Origin: Octopus bimaculoides | Lineage: Eukaryota | Length of the DNA stretch: 34,965 bases | Assembly: GCF_001194135.2 (NCBI RefSeq) | Contig: NC_068990.1 | Location: 14,785,817 to 14,820,781, forward strand | Reading direction: 5' to 3' | The notes under the pieces: generated by a model | Told to the model about the DNA's origin: nothing | The model's database searches: none | Seen by the model: only the letters and a program-made list of their open reading frames with translations | Translations under genes and position numbers: made by a program | Shown: piece after piece, positions 30,548 through 34,965 of the stretch | Layout of the letters: each line of letters begins with the position of its first letter | Numbering within the stretch: position 1 is the first letter of the stretch

Positions 30548-31290
30548 TATATATGACGGTCTTCTTACAGTTTCCATCTAGCAAATCTACTCGCAAGACT
30601 TTGTTTGGATCTATTTTAAAACGGGGGCCACATTTTTCATTAATGTTTTACGTAGTGTTTTTGGTACGGAAAGACTTTCAAACTTCGTATATTTATCTAT
30701 TTTGTGTTATAGAACAGAAAAATATTTTTGTATTCGAATTTATTTCATGTAAAAAATTGTCTTATTTCGATAATTTCAACCAATCACTGACAAGTATTCA
30801 GTTGTTTACATTTACTCCTTTGGCTGATTAAGCGGTTTAAAGCGTATTTAATTTCCATAGCTTCGTTTTGCTTTTTTCTTTTTAAATTTGCTGTTTTACC
30901 CTAACCCTAACCCTATCACCGATAGAATTGTTTCAGAATCGTTTGTTTATGTAGTCGGCACTTAATGTATATCGGCTGAATGGACGTCAGTGATTGGTTG
31001 AAATTACAGAAATACGACAACTTTAACATGGAATAACTTAGGGATTTCTTTTTTTTTTAAGAAGACTAAGAGAAAAAGATGTTTTATATGACACATTCTA
31101 CCAGTGTTCCAAGTTTCAAAGTGTTTCGTTAATGAAAAATGTGGCCCCCGTTTTAAAAAAGATCCCTTTGTTTGGCTCGAGGCTACTACTGTGGAAAACA
31201 CCTGCCTACGTAGTGGGACTAAACCCTAAAACCATATAGTCGGGAAGCAAACTTCTTAACCACTTAGCCACGCTTGCGCATCTATGCTTG
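30548..31290 (-). mobile_element. SINE family 2 head split by a Merlin-like MITE
   Basis: 30548-30606 and 31166-31290 join into a collinear SINE 2 head once the MITE and one TSD are removed. Confidence 0.8.
30607..31165. mobile_element. Merlin-like MITE, 559 bp, apparently full length
   Basis: TIR GGATCT(A/T)TTTTAAAACGGGGGCCACATTTTTCATTAA; perfect 8 bp TSD CTTTGTTT (30599-30606 and 31166-31173); internal CCCTAACCCTAACCCTA near 30899-30915. Confidence 0.92.
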
Positions 31291-31345
31291 CCTACCTGCC
31301 TGCGTGTCTGTTTGTCTGTCTAGCTAGCTAGCTGTTTGTCTAAAC

Positions 31346-31695
31346 CAGTGGTTCTCAACCAGGGTCTATACGGCCCCTGAGGGTCCATATTAGATTCTTG
31401 GTGGTTCATGCAACAAAATAGTAAATTGGGCAACCACATAGTATTTTATGGGACCCTGAAAAAATTTTGCTCTAGGTGTATGTATTGGTATTTATTGCAA
31501 GAAACATTTAGGTTTCTTTCTCTGGCATTTTACATTGTTCAACCTACACAAGTTAATGTGTGAAAAACAAAATAGGAACTTTGAAAGAAGTTTCTATAAA
31601 ACTAGTTTTTAAACATGAAAGGGTTTTAAGGGTTCGCCAGAATAAAATATTAATCAAAGGGGGTCTATAAATAAAAAAATGGTTGAGAACTCCTG
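31346..31695. mobile_element. hAT-Charlie-type MITE, 350 bp
   Basis: TIR CAGTGGTTCTCAACC / GGTTGAGAACTCCTG; perfect 8 bp TSD GTCTAAAC (31338-31345 and 31696-31703), resembling the NTCTAGAN Charlie target preference. Confidence 0.92.
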
Positions 31696-32814
31696 GTCTA
31701 AACGATCAATGTATGTATGTCTTATTTCAAGATTTCTTGCCAATAGAGAAAGAGCTGGTTTCTAACCTAGATCCAAGACCCTTTCATTGGAATTTCAACA
31801 TCAACAACAAGATATTTGTGTTTGTATATTTGTATGTATATGTGTAGATTTGTGTTTTGTTGTATGTATGCATTCCCATACATTTAGTTGCTTATCTAGA
31901 CATGCATGTATGTATGTATGTATGTATGTATGAGACACGTGCCGTATGTAATTACTCAGGGTAGGCAGTTGGTGACCTTTATGTAGTAAAACACAAAAAA
32001 TAAGCGAAACACAGACAACTGAGTTGAAGGCAGATCTACTTCTGCCTTTATAACACGTAAAGGAAATGGTGTTGTATGATTGTATGCAGCACGTGTACTA
32101 CAGCAGTATTATGCGTGGCTTAAATATTGAGATTGAAAGGTAGGGGCGAATTATGCTTACCTAATCTACAAAAAAGAAAAGAAAAAAGAAATATTTTCCA
32201 TTTTATGCATAGTAATCAGAGTAACTTCATAATTTTATTGAATTTGGTACATATTTTGCCATAAAAGGAAAATGTTGCTGTCCATCTATTTTATTCAATG
32301 TAGAGGCTAGGTATACATCTATGTACTTGTATATACAGAAATCATTTACGATCCTGTAGATAAACCAGCTGATGGTAAGAAACGATCGACAAGTTTTGCT
32401 TTTTTCGTTAAAAATTACAGATCTCCAGTTAGAGTGACTTTGATCATAATTCTGTTCGCTCGTCGGTAATTTGAGGCTTAATAACAACAGCACATGTGAT
32501 ACCTTGCCGAAGAGGAACTCATTCTGTTAGAAATGGCAGTGGAGTCTCCGAAATCACGCACTACCATAGGTTTAATGGATAGACATGTTGGATAATAAAT
32601 ATATTAATCGCGAACTTCCTTGTCGTAAAGGACAGATGAATGTTCTGTAATTTTTTGCAGAACAACCTGCACAGACGATTTGTTTATAGTGACCAAATGT
32701 TTATGTTGTAAATTAGCTCACTTACTCCATTAAATCAACATTGCCTGCACAAGTGCACCACTTTCCGTACGTGATCGCACAGCAACGTGAAATGGCTATT
32801 AATTGTTCAGTTTT

Positions 32815-33026
32815 TTTCTTCTTTATTTTATACTTGTTTCAGTCATTAGAATACAGCCATGCTAGGGCATCGCCTGAAAAAGTTTTAGTCAAACAAATCG
32901 ACCCCACTACTTGGATTACTTTTTTCAAAAACCTAGTATTTATTCTATTGATTTCTTTTTACCCAACCGCTATGTCATAGGGACATACTAACACCACTTA
33001 AGCGGTAGTGGGGTACAATCACAAAC

Positions 33027-33065
<39 letters not shown>

Positions 33066-33234
33066 TATATACATATACGGCGAACTTCTTTCAGTTTCTG
33101 TCTACTAAATCTACTTTACAAGACCTTGGTCGGCCGGGACTATAGTAGAAGACATTTGCCCACGGCACCACACTGTGGACTGAACTCGGAACAATGTGGT
33201 TGGGAAGCAAACTTCTTACCACACAGCCAAGCCT
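32815..33234 (-). mobile_element. SINE family 2, full length, decayed
   Basis: Reverse complement is collinear with 33631-34042, with a central (TA)n. Confidence 0.85.
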
Positions 33235-33417
33235 CTTAATTGATTAGTGTAAGATAAATTAGTTCACTCTGTTCACAAAGCTTGTTTTAAAATGTCATTT
33301 TCACACCAAAACTTTTCTCGTCATACAAAGAGAAATTCAATCTTTAAAAATAAAAAACAAAAAACAAAGCCAAGTTCGAATAAGGTAGAAGTTAAAAAGC
33401 CTTCTCTGTATTGCTGT

Positions 33418-33448
<31 letters not shown>

Positions 33449-33480
33449 AACATTGTTCGTTTTTACCCTCCTTGTTTTGG

Positions 33481-33610
33481 AATGAGTACAATAAGTATCA
33501 GACTTTAAAAAAAAAAGTACTGGGATTGATTTGTCCGACTAAACCTTTCAAAGTGCTGCCCCAGCATGGCCGCAGTCCAATGACTGATGCAAGTAAAATA
33601 CGAAAGATAA
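33481..33610 (+). mobile_element. SINE family 2, 3' fragment
   Basis: AATAAGTA..CTGGGATTGATTTGTCCGACTAA..CCCCAGCATGGCCGCAGTCCAATGACTGA. Confidence 0.85.
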
Positions 33611-33630
33611 ATAAATACTTTTAACGATCA

Positions 33631-34042
33631 GGCGCAGGAGTGGCTGTGTGGTAAATAGCTTGCTTACTAACAACATGGTTCCGGGTTCAGTCCCACTGCG
33701 TGGCACCTTGGGCAAGTGTTTTCTACTATAGCCTCGGGCTGACCAAAGCCTTGTGAGTGGATTTGGTAGACGGAAACTGAAAGAAGCCCGTCGTATATAT
33801 GTATATGTATATACGTATGTATGTGTATATGTTTGTGTGTCTGTGTTTGTCCCCCCAACATCGCTTGACAACCGATGCTGGTGTGTTTACGTCCCCGTAA
33901 CTTAGCGGTTCGGCAAAAGAGACCGATAGAATAAGTACTAGGTTTCCAAAGAATAAGTCCTGGGGTCGATTTGCTCGACTAAAAGGCGGTGCTCCAGCAT
34001 GGCCGCAGTCAAATGACTGAAACAAGTAAAAGAGTAAAAGAG
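33631..34042 (+). mobile_element. SINE family 2, full length, best-preserved copy
   Basis: tRNA-like head (TGGCTGTGTGG A-box-like, GGGTTCAGTCCC B-box-like), CORE-like CCTTGGGCAAGTG, central (TA)/(TG) tract, 3' AAAAGAGT repeats. Confidence 0.95.
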
Positions 34043-34749
34043 ATCATTTATGATATTTATAAGATTATGGATATCCTGAAGAATTATCACCCTAAGCTTT
34101 AGCAGATATATCCATCTTCAGGTAGAACGCGATGAAACTTCTTTTGTCACACATAAGGCAATTATTTCTCAGATATGCTGCATAGGATTACATTACGGCC
34201 GTGTCTTTTCCATGTTTAAGACGGTCGACTGCAATTTGAAAGAACTGTGTCTGCTTTTCCTGGAAGGTCGAGCGAGCAAGCGGAGACTGTCTCGTTAACT
34301 CGTAAAGAAAATAATTAAGTAACTATGTCAGGAAAAAAAAAAATGTAACGCTACCGTGGCTTCATTAGTAAATGAACCGCATAAAATAAGTACATGTACA
34401 GTGGACAAACACAGACCACCAATTTGGTCAGCGTTGGGAGGAGCTTAATGTCAAAGTTTAAGTATTTTTTAAAATTTTATTATGCTAAGAGAGGGGGCGG
34501 GAAAGAGAGAGGAAGGTGTTTGTATAGTTGAGGATAGGAACAGAAGAAGAGGGAATATATCTTGCGAGAAGCAAGCTGCTGCTTTTATTTGTATACCTTG
34601 GTGATCGCTTGGAGTCTTCCTTTCTTCATCATTCACATACGCTTGTCACAACACTTGTTTTACTATAAACATCAACACGCCAAATCTGAACGGACCGTGA
34701 GTACCCTTAATGCTTTGATATTTACCATAGATCGTGCACACTCACGCGC

Positions 34750-34888
34750 GCATATATATATATATAGATATATATGTCCATTTGTTTGTGTATATATCTC
34801 TCTGTCTACCTACTTACATGTATACACACACACGCATATACATGTATATATATATTTATTTATTTATATATATATATATTTATATATT

Positions 34889-34959
<71 letters not shown>

Positions 34960-34965
34960 ATATAT
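34750..34965. repeat. (TA)n-rich microsatellite with periodic TTT interruptions
   Basis: Visible directly. Confidence 0.95.

Noticed and set aside
2216-30831. Recurrent ORF MFYVVFLV..NFNQSLTSIQ at 2216, 4607, 26946 and 30490
   Set aside because: Chance frame in the MITE interior; no transposase motifs, and frames differ among copies.
8940-30915. TTAGGG tracts as a true telomere or chromosome fusion site
   Set aside because: Only 2-3 imperfect units, embedded in inverted-repeat elements.
32360-32600. Possible 15 nt (plus) and 21 nt (minus) microexons
   Set aside because: Cannot be distinguished from chance without RNA data.
2565-34042. tRNA-like A-box and B-box sequences as tRNA genes
   Set aside because: They are SINE heads followed by SINE bodies; no complete cloverleaf is evident.
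1-34965. CRISPR array or prokaryotic system
   Set aside because: No regularly spaced direct repeats with unique spacers and no operon-like ORFs; the sequence is animal non-coding DNA.

Overview
AT-rich, repeat-dense eukaryotic non-coding DNA from a draft assembly, with 8 N-gaps totalling about 3.9 kb. The SINE families look like those of Octopus (recognised from memory, not database-checked). I find no complete protein-coding gene, rRNA, tRNA gene or CRISPR array; nearly all ORFs in the supplied track are artefacts of N-runs, microsatellites or antisense repeats. Well supported: about 20 copies or fragments of two tRNA-derived SINE families, a decayed RTE-clade LINE reverse transcriptase region (14170-15355), a decayed CRE-like restriction-like endonuclease fragment (22996-23575), and eight non-autonomous DNA transposon insertions whose terminal inverted repeats (TIRs) and target site duplications (TSDs) can be read directly (three Merlin-like, three hAT/Tip100-like, one hAT-Charlie, one Mutator-like). 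Less well explained: at least six fold-back hairpins, two with a telomere-like TTAGGG loop; degenerate Penelope-type hammerhead cores; three RFX X-boxes; a housekeeping-type promoter motif cluster; and a few isolated exon candidates that I cannot assign to a known gene.
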